Source: Squalus acanthias
Lineage: Eukaryota
DNA: 64,000 nucleotides
Direction: 5' to 3'
Assembly: GCA_030390025.1 (NCBI GenBank)
Contig: CM059430.1
Span: forward strand, 118,048,001 to 118,112,000
Every line of letters starts with the position of its first letter. The stretch's first letter is position 1. Shown here piece by piece: positions 25,848 through 38,680 of the stretch. Position numbers and translations under genes: made by a program. Below the pieces are notes generated by a model. That model did not search any database. It was not told the origin of the DNA and saw only the letters and a list, made by a program, of their open reading frames with translations.

Positions 25848-28486
25848 AGTCACTGGATAATGCTCAAGAGAAAGAAACCTGGCTGATTTTAGTGCCTAAA
25901 ACAAAACACAAGCTCACTGGTAATATGCTCTTGTACTTCTGTAGTATCCAAACGCAAAGGAAAAGAGCAGCCACACCAATGCTTGGTGTAGTTTGTTTAT
26001 TTCAGCAATTTATTGTAATTTTTTCCTATGCTACTTGCTTTCTTCAGTGAGAGGCTGCAGGACTCTTCTTGGATTCTGCCAATGCCGCTCTGTAGCTCTA
26101 TCTTCAAACTTGCCCAAGTATCTCCCAGGATAACTCTTCTTCAGACTTTCCTTCCCAAAAAGGTAACAGCCCTGTTTCCACTCCCCACAAAGCAAGATTC
26201 AGACCCAAGTCTCTACCTGGTGGAACTGCCGGTATCAAACGGAGTACTAGGGATATGTGATGCAGCAAGCTGAGTATATGTTTTAGTGTTGACACAAGAG
26301 AGAAAGTGAAGAGCAATGTAGACACAAAGGGGCAAAGAACGAAGTAGATTAATCCAGCTGAGAATACTGGGTCTGTGGGCCATGTTCCTACACTTTGATC
26401 CTTTCCATTGTGTAGCTGATCATCGACAGCGACATTATTAAAAATTTTCAATGCTGCATAAAGCTCGACTCATTAATAACAACTTTCACCTGTTACTCTA
26501 TCAAACAGAAATAATTTTGGTTAAAGGGCTTGCCGTGGAAATGTGTCTAAATGCTTATTCTCTGTATCTAACCAGAGGAGAGTACCATGATACAATCACA
26601 AAGTGGGCATTTTAATGGAAGCTTAGACATGTCACCCCATCTGTCTGAAATCTTCACATTCAAGAGCAACGCTCTTTAAACTATGTGCTATTACCACATT
26701 GCCTGGGCCACTGCCCACATTACCTTGGGTGTCACATGTTGGGCAGCCATTTTAAAAGACAACATGCCAGCTACATAATTGCTAAAATGTTGCCCTATTT
26801 CACAGCATCATTTAAAAACAATATAATTTGGGTCTCTTGACAGCTCGGAATGAGTCAATGCACATGTGCTGTGGCACTAAGCCAAACAGACCATAAAAGT
26901 CCCCGAGTTAGCTAATCTCTGCCAGGGAAGCAGTTGGAATGCTACAGTTGGCCTGAGCATCCATGGGAGCAGGAAAAACAAGAGGAAAATAACCAGACTG
27001 AGTTTCACTCCTAATTGCTGATTCCTGCTAGAAAGTGCCTATGTTGCCAGCATTAAGTTCAGCAATTATGTCACCTATGCTCGAATAGCCTGCCAACACT
27101 CCACATAAGGCTCACAGATGAATAATGGCCATTTGCGTGAGGTGCCACAGTGCAGTTGGCACCTGTGAAACCATACCCCAACAGCAGTCAGTGCCTTCAG
27201 GAGAGGCGAGAAAACTTCTAAAAAAGGGAAATCCTCAGTAAATTCATTAAAAGGAGGCTCCAAACTGGTTACAAAATGCCTTAAATCAGAACACAACAAC
27301 CCTTAAATGTGCCTCATATTCTGCATGTTCTTCAAAACAGTGCTTTAATTTTACAAGCAATGACTGGGAATAGAACTGACATTACAAACACACACAATGG
27401 GACTTCTCCTCACAAACAGAGGTCAGAGGTTATGAGTTAGACTTTAAAAGCTGCTGTCTTTGGAACACTGAGTCCTTCCCACATTCCACTGATTGTCCAG
27501 GTCCCAGCCAATTGGCAACAAGTAGTAAAAATTGCCATGTCCTGATGAGCAGCATTTTCTACTCAACTAGGAAGCATGTTTTTAAAGTAGTACATGCTCT
27601 TTCTTTCCAGCCATTTTCTCCCCACCTGAATCTGGCTCTTGGTGGGGTATGGTTAAATAGGTACTGGCACATTGTCCATGTGTGTGGATAGGCTATTTGA
27701 CTGTAGAGGGTACCACAGCCAAACTTGGTCCTGTTTTTTACCAGGCATCTATAAATGAATACTTTCCAGCAAGAATCACAATCCGGAGTGGGTATCTGGC
27801 CGATTTTTCCCCTTTCTAGCCTGGGGCACTGAGATCAATTGTGGCACTGCAACTGTTGTCCCAAATGACTGAGTCCTAAACTAATTGAGAAAACCAGAAT
27901 TGAGAAAGGTCACACCCTCTGAATTTCACTGGAAATGAAAGTCAAAGTTTGGATAACTATTCAGGTTCTGCAACAGGAAAGTACCTTAGGTCCATTAACA
28001 TAAATATATACTCAACTTTCAGTAGGTAGCCGTATCTAAAAAAAAAGAGTTGTTAGAGAAACCAGTGGAGCTGCAAGGCAATTAACTTATGGGTTCTTAG
28101 AGCAAGTGAAAAAAAATGTTTTTCCTTTTAGAGGACAACACGGTAGTAAATGGAATCAGAATTGTGCCACGACCTTCATGCAGCAAGTTCCCAATTTCAG
28201 CCGTGCCACTGAACAGAGATGGACAGTGAAGGGTAAGGCTGGTCATAGGAAAGGGGATAATTACTCTATATATCAGAGTGCAAATCACTCCAGGCTCAGA
28301 GATCAGTTTAGAATTCGCAGAGGTCAGACAGTAAATATCCTGCCCACAAATACTCGGCTTATCCTCCTGTCAGGGAAATGTTGCAGGGTCCAAATGTAAT
28401 GTCATATTCTAATTTGGGGGTAAAACTTCCACTGCAGTTACAAACTGACTCTCAGTAATGTTCAACATTAGTTTTTATATAATTAC

Positions 28487-30292
28487 CTTGGTGCGACATC
28501 ACTCTCCAGGGGCGTTACCAATTTCATCACCGGTCTCTGTGATTTAGAATTATACAATGAAGAGATCATGTGTTCACCTGAAACAGGAACTACAGAGGAG
28601 GATACTAAGCATCTTGGATCAATGAAATTGGATGCTGGATACCTGTATTCAAGGCCCATTAAGTACTCTGCACACAGTTGCGATGGATGAGAATATCGTG
28701 TTGCAGTGTCCGTGGCAGACCCAGCACTTGGAGACAGATCTGAATAAAGCCACGTTTCTCTATCAGAGATCTGTTCTGACCTTTTCCGACCCACTGATGT
28801 GGGCTGTGAGATCAACGCAGGATCTAATTCATACGGAGTGCCTCTCTGTGACCAATATTTATCCAAACCCAGCAATTCATCTCGAGACCGGTTCCAGGAC
28901 TGGTACTTTTCCAAATCTGGCAATTCGTGTAGAGACAATTTCCGAAACTGGTACTTGTGTAAATCTTGCAATTCATGTTGAGACAGCTGCCGGGTCAGGT
29001 ACTTGTCCACATCTAGCAATTCGTGTTGAGACAGTTTCCGGGACTGGTACTTTTCCAAATCTGGCAATTCTTTTTGAGGCGGTTTCCGGGACTGGTACTC
29101 TTCCAAATCCGGCAATTCGTGTTGAGACAGTTTCCAGGACTGGTACTTTTCCAAATCTGGCAATTCTTTTTGAGGCGGTTTCCGGGACTGGTACTCTTCC
29201 AAATCCGGCAATTCGCGTTGGGACAGTTTCCGGGACTGGTACTTTTCCAAATCCGCCAATTCGTGTTGGGGCAGTTTCCGGGACTGGTACTTTTCCAAAT
29301 CTGGCAATTCGTGCTGGGACAGTTTCCGGGACTGGTACTTTTCCAAATCTGGCAATTCGCGTTGGGACAGTTTCCGGGACTGGTACTTTTCCAAATCCGC
29401 CAATTCGTGCTGGGACAGTTTCCGGGACTGGTACTTTTCCAAATCTGGCAATTCGTGTTGGGACAGTTTCCGGGACTGGTACTTTTCCAAATCTGCCAAT
29501 TCGTGTTGAGACAGTTTCCGGGACTGGTACTTTTCCAAATCCGCCAATTCGTGTTGGGACAGTTTCTGGGACTGGTACTCTTCCAAATCTAGCAATTCAT
29601 GTTGAGACAGTTTCCGGGACTGGTACTTTTCCAAATCTAGCAAGTCGTGTTGGGTCAGTTTCCGGGACTGGTACTCTTCCAAATCTAGCAAGTTGTGTTG
29701 GGTCAGTTTCCAGGACTGGTACTCTTCCAAATCTAGCAATTCTTGTTGAGACAGTTTTTGGGACTGATACTTTTCCAAATCCACCAATTCGTGTTGGGAG
29801 AGTTTCCAGGACTGGTATTTTTCTAAATCTGGCAATTCATGTTGAGACCGTTTCCGGGACTGGTATTTTTCTAAATCTGCTAATTCATGTTGAGACAGTT
29901 TCTGCAACCTATACTTCTCCCAATCTGGTGGTGGTGGTCTTTGCGGTGGAGGCCCTTTCTTCTTTTTGTTGGTAGATAAATCTTCATGTCTATTCATCTC
30001 TGAATTGTGTGGAGCAACCTTCCCTTCTTCAAACTTGTTCGATACATCCAGTGATCCACAACTAACATGGCGTGTGGAACATGTGCAGGTAACCCCTTCT
30101 CTCTGTGGGTACTGCGGGGAATACTCAGAATAATTCACTGGCAGTGCAGTAGCTATGCTGGGCCTTTCCCAAGCAGACGTTTCCAGTCTTGGTGTATTCA
30201 CCAGCTTGTCCCACTTGTCCTTGAGGCTTTCTTTTGACTTCATTTCGGAAAGTGCTTCTTGCACATTGCTTACACTCAGTGCCTTCATCTCT
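28487..30292 (-). CDS. SHROOM4: SHROOM4-like exon containing a coding tandem repeat (1806 nt, phase 2 to 2)
   Basis: Lies in the 607-aa ORF. Acceptor tgtctttcag, donor AG|gtaatt. Contains KKKGPPPQRPPPPDWEKYRL followed by the 16-aa repeat array. Confidence 0.85.
28816..29919 (-). repeat. Coding minisatellite, 48-bp unit, about 23 copies (consensus EKYQSRKLSQHELPDL)
   Basis: The + strand unit gggactggtacttttccaaatctggcaattcgtgttgggacagtttcc repeats without indels. 23 x 48 = 1104 nt; terminal copies are degenerate. Confidence 0.97.
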
Positions 30293-31369
30293 CTGAAAGA
30301 CACCAAACATTAATTTTATTTAATCAATTAATTTCTTAGGCGTTACATACAATACGTACTTCATGAAGCTATATTATATGCTTTGATTAAATTGAACTTG
30401 CATGAGTGCACAGTAGTTTTTTGACATGGCCCTGCCCATGTGGGGAGAAATTTCTAATTCAAGGTTGTAACAATTTGTTTTGTCTTGGTCCCTAAGGTTT
30501 GGTTGGGCAGATGATGTGCAGAGGAGGGGGAAAAAGTCCTGTCTGCTTTCACTAATGATCCTGTTGGTTGGAGTTGCTGTCTTTGTCTGGTTTTGGAGGT
30601 AGTTTTTTTTTTTTTAAAAAAGCTCATTTACTCTCCTGCACTAGTTGGCTCCTGGAAGATGAATTAGGAAATGGAGTGAGTGGAGCCCCAGATTACCTGG
30701 TATTTCCTAAATTCCAGGAGATATTTCAACCACGTGGTTGGTAATGGGATTGTGGATAGGTCTGCTCTGCAGCACAGTGGGGCAATGAATTTTTTCAGTT
30801 AGCATCAAGAGTTGTGCTAATCAGTGTGCTCCAGGGATCCAATGCTCGCTAATGGATTGACCAAACACGTCAGAGTCTGCAGGGATAGTTCACATCGGAG
30901 TCTGCCAGGATAGCTAGGGCCATCATTGACTTTGTGGCAGCCTTTCAGAATGGTTGAATGCAAGGGCATGATCAAGACTGTAGAAAATTGGTGAAGGGGC
31001 TGTGGTTAGAAGGGCAGTCATCTGAGAGGGAGGTAGAATGTGTAAGGACATTTCGTTTTTATAATAGTAAACAGCAAAGATATATACAACATGCAGGTGT
31101 CTGTTGTATATTGGCACTTTACGGCTGCACCAAATCACAGGAGGATGCTTATCCTGAAATTGTTGAGACAGAAGTATTTTAATTTTTCTTCTGTGTGTGT
31201 GCTCTATTTAATACATTCCTGCTAGAATTTTTTTTTAATTTAAAAAGTATTTGCAGGATATTTTGCATAGCTTTCCTTGTAGTCACCCACTAAATCTGTG
31301 TTGGTCAGTCAAGCTGCAAAGCACAACATAAAAATGAATTTAAACTCTAATCAAAGGTTTAGTATATAT

Positions 31370-31545
31370 GTGTCAGATTGGCTCAGGTAGCAGTACTCTT
31401 GCCTCTCAGTCAAAAAGTTGTGGGTTTAAGATCCCATGAGGACTTGACCACCTAATACAAGCTGACAATTCAATGCAATATTAAAGAAGTGCTGAATTGT
31501 CAGAGATGGCATCTTTCAAATGAGACATCAAACTGTGGCAGACCC
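31370..31545 (+). mobile_element. DeuSINE-like fragment (related copies near 5500-5650 and 22980-23170)
   Basis: tRNA-like head followed by tctttcaaatgagacatcaaactgtggc, resembling the Deu-domain start as recalled. Confidence 0.45.
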
Positions 31546-32406
31546 ACAATTAGGAAACGGGAGCAAAGGCTGGAGCTCCTTAGATGAATAGAAAAATTAA
31601 AATTAAAGTGAGACAAAGAGGCATATGACATGGTTCAAAAGTAATTCATTGTGCGAAGCAGTTTGAGACCTTTCAATGATGCGATGAGTCACTTTAGAAA
31701 TGCATTTTTTTTTTTTAAATGGAAGGCCCGTCAGGAACTGGTGGATTAGAAAAATTTTGGCTAATGAATTTAGTTTGTGTTCTTCAAAGTAATGTATGTT
31801 AGCACTGAGAAATGGAAATAACAATTGTGCCTACACCACTCATGATTTAGCTAATGGTTTATGGAAATGGCAATGGTGGAGTGTCTCAAATCAGCAGTGA
31901 CATTACACAGAAGTGTATTTTCTCAAGAGCAGAAAGTTAGTGCAACTAAAGCAGGAATCTAAAGGGATGGTGGGGACAGTGAAGGTGATGATGTTTACAA
32001 GCCGGTACTATCTGGACTGCTGCCAGTGCAGTGCGGAGTAAGGTTCCCAAGCCTCACGGAGCGACCTAGAGTTTCCCAGAATCAGGGGTACCTCTCCTGA
32101 GCTGTGCCTCCAGCAGCCTTGGAGAGCAGCTACTTAAATTTCCTGCCGCAGCGTGTCCCCCGCTCCGTGACATCACCGGCTGCTGTTAAAGCATCAGGCT
32201 TGGTGACAACACCCGACCAGCGCCACAGGCAGCTGGCAAGTCGGGAGGTTTGAGAATCGCGGGTGTCCGTTCTCTGAACTCGTGAGGGCTTGAAATCGGG
32301 GGGGGGGGGGGGGGGGGGAGCTCCACAAGAGTGGTGGGAAGAGACGGAGCCTGGGGATCGGGGGCAAGCTGGAGACTAGTGAATCAAGGGGAATGGGGAT
32401 CATCGT

Positions 32407-33545
32407 CAACTTGTATTTATATAGCACCTTTAACATAGTAAGACGTCCCAAGGCGCTTCACAGGAGTATTATGCGACAAAAAATTTGACACCGAGCCACA
32501 TAAGGAGAAATTAGGGCAGGTGACCAAAAGCTTGGTCAAAGAGGTAGGTTTTAAGAAGCGTCTTAAAGGAGAAAAGAGAGGTAGTGAGGCGGAGAGGTTT
32601 ACGGAGGGAATTCCAGAGCTTAGGGCCTAGGCAACAGAAGGCACGGCCACCAATGGTTGAGCGATTATAATCAGGGATGCTCAAGAGGGCAGAATTAGAA
32701 GAGCGAAGATATGTCGGGGGGTTGTGGGGCTGGAGAAGATTACAGAGGTAGGGAGGGGCGAGGCCATGGAGGGATTTGAAAACAAGAATGAGAATTTTGA
32801 AATCGAGGCGAGCACAGGGGCGATGGGTGAACAGGACTTGGTGCAAGTTAGGACACAGGCAGCCGAGTTTTAGATGACCTCAAGTTTACGTAGGGTAGAA
32901 CGTGGGAGGCCAGCCAGGGGTGCGTTGGAATAGTCAAGTCTAGAGGTAACAAAGGCATGGATGAGGGTTTCAGCAGTGGATGAGCTGAGGCAAGGGTGGA
33001 GACGGGCGATGTTACGGAGGTGGAAATAGGCGGTCTTAGTTATGCCGTGGATATGTGGTCGGAAGCTCATTTCAGGGTCAAATATGACACCAAGGTTGCG
33101 AACAGTGTGGTTTAGCCTCAGACAGATGTTAGGGAGAGGGATGGAGTCAGTGGCTAGGGAACAGAGTTTGTGGCGGGGATCGAAAACAATTGCTTCAGTC
33201 TTCCCAATATTCAATTGGAGAAAATTTCTGCTCATCCAGAACTGGATGTCAGACAACCAGTCTGACAATTTAGAGACCGTGGAGGGGTCGAGAGAAGTGG
33301 TGGTGAGGTAGAGCTGGGTGTCAGTGTACATGTGGAAACTGACGCTGTGTTTTCGGATGGTGTCGCCAAGGGGCAGCATGTAGATGAGAAATAGGAGGGG
33401 GACAGGATAGATCCTTGGGGGACACCAGAGGTAACGATGCAGGAGCGGGAAGAGAAGCCATTGCAGGTGATTCTCTGGCTACGATTAGATAGATAAGAAT
33501 GGAACCAGGCGAGTGCAGTCCCACCTAGCTGGACGACAGGGGAAA
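32407..33545 (-). mobile_element. L2-clade LINE 3' portion (RT C-terminal half and tail)
   Basis: Motifs HMYTDTQLYL, WMSRNFLQLNIGKTEAIVF, LIHAFVTSRLDYSN and FKTLLKTYLF; L2-type tail. Confidence 0.88.
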
Positions 33546-35276
33546 GCTGGGGAATGGGACTCAGGGGGAAGAGAAGGAGACTGGGGAATGGGGGAAGAGA
33601 TGGAGGGGGGAAGAGATGGACAATTAGGGGACGGGAGGTCGTGGGAGAGAAGGGGACCAGTGGTTGGGAGATTGGGGCTCAAACGAGTGGGAGGGAGGGG
33701 TGGGGGTGAATGGGTTGGGGGTGGGCTTATGGATCAGCATTTCCCACAGAGCCAGGAGCAGCAACAGCAAATTGCTAAGTGAGAGAGAAGCAGCCAGTAA
33801 AGGGGTAAGTGTAACCCAGAGACCATACTGTAGGTAAATAGTGAAAGATTATTTCCATTGTTGGGCAAATGGAGAAGAGAAAACAAGTATTCTCACTGGA
33901 AGAAACAAGATGGAGGGGAGGAGGAAGATTCTTGAACTGAGGGTTATTAGAACGTGGGATACTTCACCACATGTGGTTATGGAGGTAGAGACTAAAACTT
34001 CATTTCAAAGGGAATGGGATATATATTTGAAAAGGGGGAATATAAACAGATCTTTTGGGGTGGGGGGCAGGGTTTAATGAGGTTCAAAAGTACTTCATTG
34101 GCAGTAAAGCGCTTTGGAACATCCTGAGGTCGGGAAAGGTGCTATAGAAATGCAAGTTTTTTTACTTTCTAAGCTGTTGACTCACAGCATGGAAACAGTA
34201 ACTGAGAAATACTTAAATTAGATTTAGATGAGGGAGGGGCTGCAAGACTGGTAAATGTAGATGAACAACTGTTTTTTGTTGAAGAGAAAAGACAGATAGC
34301 AATTGAGGTAAATAGAGAAATGTAACTGATACAAGGTTCAAATAAAAGGTGAGAAGCTGTTGAAAGATATGCTTAAGTACTTTTTAGACTAATTCTTGTG
34401 GCATTAGGAATGAACTGTGTTATTTGTTGTATACGGAGTTCATGAAAATACAGATATTACTGGCATCACAGAAATGAGAGGTTATAGTATGTTTACTAAA
34501 GGGAGACCCATGAAGCTAGGCCATAATACTGAACAGCGTCTTGTTCAGGGCACACTCAACAGTGCTGAAACAAAGTGATGGACGCAAGTCTGCATCCACA
34601 GCTCCCCACAAAAACAGCTACTGATTTAAAAGGAGGCTGGCCAGATGCTGAGTAGAGCACTTTCCCAGCTGAAAAGGGGAGAAAAGAAACCAGAGGCGTG
34701 GTAGCTCTATTAAACTATAGTTTAAATAGAGCCTTTTTACTTACTCTATGAATGCTGGGACAGTTTTCTAATATTACTGCTTTGCTTTCTCATTGAATAA
34801 CAAGAGAAAACTCAGCTTTGACGACATGCCAAAGCTGTGAATGGAAGTCCACTCCCATGGAGCAGCAGTTCTGCTAAAGGTCAGAGATGAAGAGGAGATG
34901 GGCAATAAATGGCCTATATTATGAGCTCTCCTGAGTTAGGCAGACAGTTCAGGATCTACATTATCAGTTAGCTAATTGCTTCCTACCAGCATTCTTTACA
35001 TTTGGAGTTCCAGGTCTCCCTAGGCCACTGGGAACAGCAGGGTCTGTGGTGGTGGGCACTTGTAAACTGGCAGGAGACCATGAGCCAAATGATCTATTCT
35101 GTTATTAAGCTAAGACTGCAATGAATCTTGGGGTGGGGGACATTCCTCAATCAGAAATACTCCTGAAAATCCAACATCACACATGCAAGACTTAAGTGTA
35201 TAATCTGTCATATTAAACGGAGTGGCGGGCAGGGAAGGATGAAGGAGTTCCATGGAATTAATCACTAAGCTCCTAC

Positions 35277-35341
35277 CTTTCTGTTGCAGGAAACTTCCTG
35301 TTTATTATTTCGGTCTGATTCAGTTTTTCCACCGGATATCC
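35277..35341 (-). CDS. SHROOM4: SHROOM4-like small exon (65 nt, phase 0 to 2), not in the ORF track
   Basis: Acceptor tcttctttgcag and donor AG|gtagga. Encodes GYPVEKLNQTEIINRKFPATER and supplies exactly the phase change needed between the flanking exons. Confidence 0.85.
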
Positions 35342-36289
35342 CTGCAAAGAAGAGTGCTAGTCAGTACAGAGAAACATCCGCATCCCTATTTACAGCACAG
35401 TTGGGAAACACATCAGCAATGTCTTGGCTTTACTCGCGCTAGCTTGAGCGGAGACAGTTCCTTTAATTAGCAACTAAAGTAAATATATCACAATGACTGG
35501 TAGAGTATGTGGAACCTGAAAAAAAACCAGCACTGATGTACAGACCCAGGAGGGTGAACTGTACTACAAATATAGTCTATTCATTTGATGAGTAGTGTGC
35601 TGTTGAAAAATACCTCAATACCAGATAAACACTCCCACTGTTCTTCAGCTCTCTTCACCTTATTCAAATTCTTCATTACTGTTCCATCCATTTCACACTG
35701 CCTCTGCTACATCTGATGTGCACTGACAATTTTTTTTTGAAGAAGTAGATTAAAAATAACAAGCAATGAATGTGGTATGGTTTTCCCTCTTCTGAAGCTG
35801 CTGGCTGATGCTGGGGTACAATTCCACAAGCACTGGCAGTCCTCTTCTGCCTAAACTGAGTGTACTTTCTTCTTGTGTGAGCCAGAAGTGTCAGCAGGCT
35901 ATTCAATTATGGGGGCGGGGTGAATTTATCACAGCTGAACCCACCTTCACGCACATTTATGCAGACATCACTGCATTGCAATTAGGAGTGGGAACTCCCG
36001 TTAAGCCACTCTCCTAGTATAGGATGGGGAAACCAGGGATCAAACCTGGTATGAGCCTGCTCTGTATGACTCAGCACCACATTATGACTGCACTTACCCA
36101 CTAAGAATCCCTCAAATTATAGGATTCAAGTGATGTTGACCTCAATGCTCTGCACACATCACTGGAGCGTCAATTTGTAGAACTTTAGTATATACCATTC
36201 CCCATATTGTTGAGTTGTGGACAGAGAGGTTCCAAGGAAGGGGCAAAGATAAATCAACAGAAAGTAAACCCAAGACCACTCTTACACCT

Positions 36290-36790
36290 TTCCAGAATAC
36301 AGTATTGAGGATTTAGATATGGGTACATTGCAGATTCACTAGGATGCTGTCTGGTATGAGGATATACAAATATAAAGACTTGAAAAATTGGGTTATTTTT
36401 CCTTGGAACAACACAGATTACAGGATATGATAGAAGTGTTTAAAGAAATGAAAAAAATGTGATAGGGTAGATAGAAGCAGACTATTTCTAGTAGTTGAGT
36501 GGTCAAGAACAAGGGGCCATAGATACAAGAGATTTAAAACAGAATGCAGGAGAAACTTCTTTATACAGAAAGTTGTGAGGATTTGGAATTCACTTCTAGG
36601 GTTAGTGATTGCGGCAGAAACGATGTCAACATTCGAGATTAGCTTGGATAGCTGGATGAAGGAAAAGGATTTTAGGGGTATGGGAACAGGGTGGTTAAAT
36701 GTGATTAGACATATTTGCTCGTGTGATGGTAAATTTTAAACATGGACTGGTTGGGTCGAAGAGTCTGTTTGTGTGTTGTAACTCCTATGT
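36290..36790 (+). mobile_element. Degenerate CR1 LINE 3' fragment
   Basis: agattcactaggatg ... gaacaaggggccatag ... aggagaaacttcttt ... gggtcgaa tail. Confidence 0.7.
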
Positions 36791-37029
36791 ATTTAACGCT
36801 TTCAGAGAGCACTGGAGAAGCGGGTAGCACGTTGCTTCCCTTTTGACAGCAAGTGACACATTACTTAGAGAAATCAAGGTGGACAGAAAAATACCTTCAC
36901 TAATAACCATCCCCAAAATAAACATGCAGAATTAATGTCTTCAATATCACATCCATATTTAACTGGAAACAGAACACTACACCCCACTGCTGGCTCCATC
37001 CCGCTGTCTGAGATGAATTTCCATTGATA

Positions 37030-38680
37030 GGGCTGGTTAAGCCCACCCAGCGCGTTTGCCGGTCCAATTAGAGGAAGTGGGTCTCGTGACGTCATTTGAT
37101 GACGCATCATCAGCCGGTTTCCTTAAAGGGACCATGGCCAACTTTATTTTGACATTTGTGCTGTCAGTGTTCTACAGCATTGAGGTGCTGCAAACACTGA
37201 CAATGACTGCACAGAGGTGCAGGGCTGCACCCATGTTCTCCCAGGACTCCCTCCATATGCTTATGGAGGGAGTCAGAGCACACAGGGAGGTCCTCTATGC
37301 TTCCGATGGGCAGAAGACACCTCCCCAGGAGACCAACGCAGCCTGGTTGCACATTGCAGAGGAGGTCATGAGCAGGGACGTCGTCAGGAGGACCTGGGTG
37401 CAGTGCCGCAAACCTTTCAATGATCTCATTAGATCACGAAACATTAGGGCAAAGCCACACTCACCTTCATCCTGTAGTGCCTCTCATCACATCCCCATCA
37501 CTCTGCCTTCCCTACCCTGCTCCTGCACATCCTTACTCGCACCAACTTACCTTGCACCTCCACCCATCCCTCTCTCTATCTATATTATCACATCCCCATT
37601 TCACTAGCCACCCCTCACACTCACCCTCATTCTAGTGCAATCATACCAACTAACACCACACAAGGGTAGCCCACTTGGGTGTTTTATCCAGTGATCATGT
37701 AAAGTTTCTGTGAATGTGCTGTCAAACATTGAAACCTTTATTTTCAACACTTTGCTTTCTTGGACAGATTTGTGTGTACCTTTGGAAGTGTCTTAGTGAG
37801 TTGCAGTGAATGGTGAGACATAACGGTACCACCCAGAATGGTGATGAGTGTGAAAGGAATGGCTTGGACATTGTAGGGATGCTTTATGTTGTTGGTGTGG
37901 GGTGGTGCCAACCTGGCGCATCATGTGGCAGCCAGGGTGTACAGCGTCAAGTGAAGGAAATCTGGCCACGGTGAGGCCATCCCTGGCAGCAATGTGCTCA
38001 GGTACTGATGCCCTCTGTCCTGTGCAGCATCAGGTGATTGCGGAGAAGGTTGGTGTTGTTCTCGGTGCTGCTGGTGTGCCTGGTGCTGCTGGTGTTGGGG
38101 CTGATCGTGGTCAGATTCTGAGGACCAAGGTGAGACAGTATAAAGGGCACCCATGTTGATGGAATAGATGGCAGGTGAAGTAGAGATGACAGAATCATTC
38201 TGTCAATGGTGAGAGAGTTCTTCCAAAGAGGTGAGAGTGGATGGAGAATGGAAAGCCTGCAGAATCTGTGCTGGAAATGGACTGAGAAACAGCTTGTGGC
38301 TGAGGAAAGTGAAGATCTGTCAGGTGGGAGCTTTTACTGTACATTTGAAGCGGTCAAGGAATCAGCTAGAGCAATGGCCATTGAACTCCTGCCTCAGGTT
38401 GATAGCTGTGGTCCCTGAACAGCGTGGTTCCTGTGGCCATGAAGTTAAAGTGAAAAGGTAAGTTAAAAAAGCCTGTTAATGATCTGTCAACAAGGCAATA
38501 ATGAGCTTAATTGGGTCACCCGCCACTGCCCGTCGGGTCTGCTCGGCGCTGACAGACCCAACATTGGGAAAGGCGCATGGCAGCGGGTTGACAGTGGGGT
38601 CCCGACCCGCTGTCAAAAAACACACTTTCTCACCCGACCTGCCACTGATCGTGCCCGCTGACCCCCGCAAAATTCCGGCC
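37030..38680. mobile_element. Internally deleted PIF/Harbinger transposon with a Myb/SANT ORF remnant
   Basis: + strand RAAPMFSQDSLHMLMEGV...WLHIAEEV...RTWVQCRKPFNDL is a Myb/SANT trihelix pattern. A convergent Q/H-rich ORF start lies on the - strand. Right end is caaaattccggcc; the left TIR was not found. Confidence 0.7.

Noticed and set aside
28816-29919. Regular repeat array resembling CRISPR
   Set aside because: The units are contiguous with no unique spacers, there are no cas genes, and the array is in frame within a eukaryotic exon.
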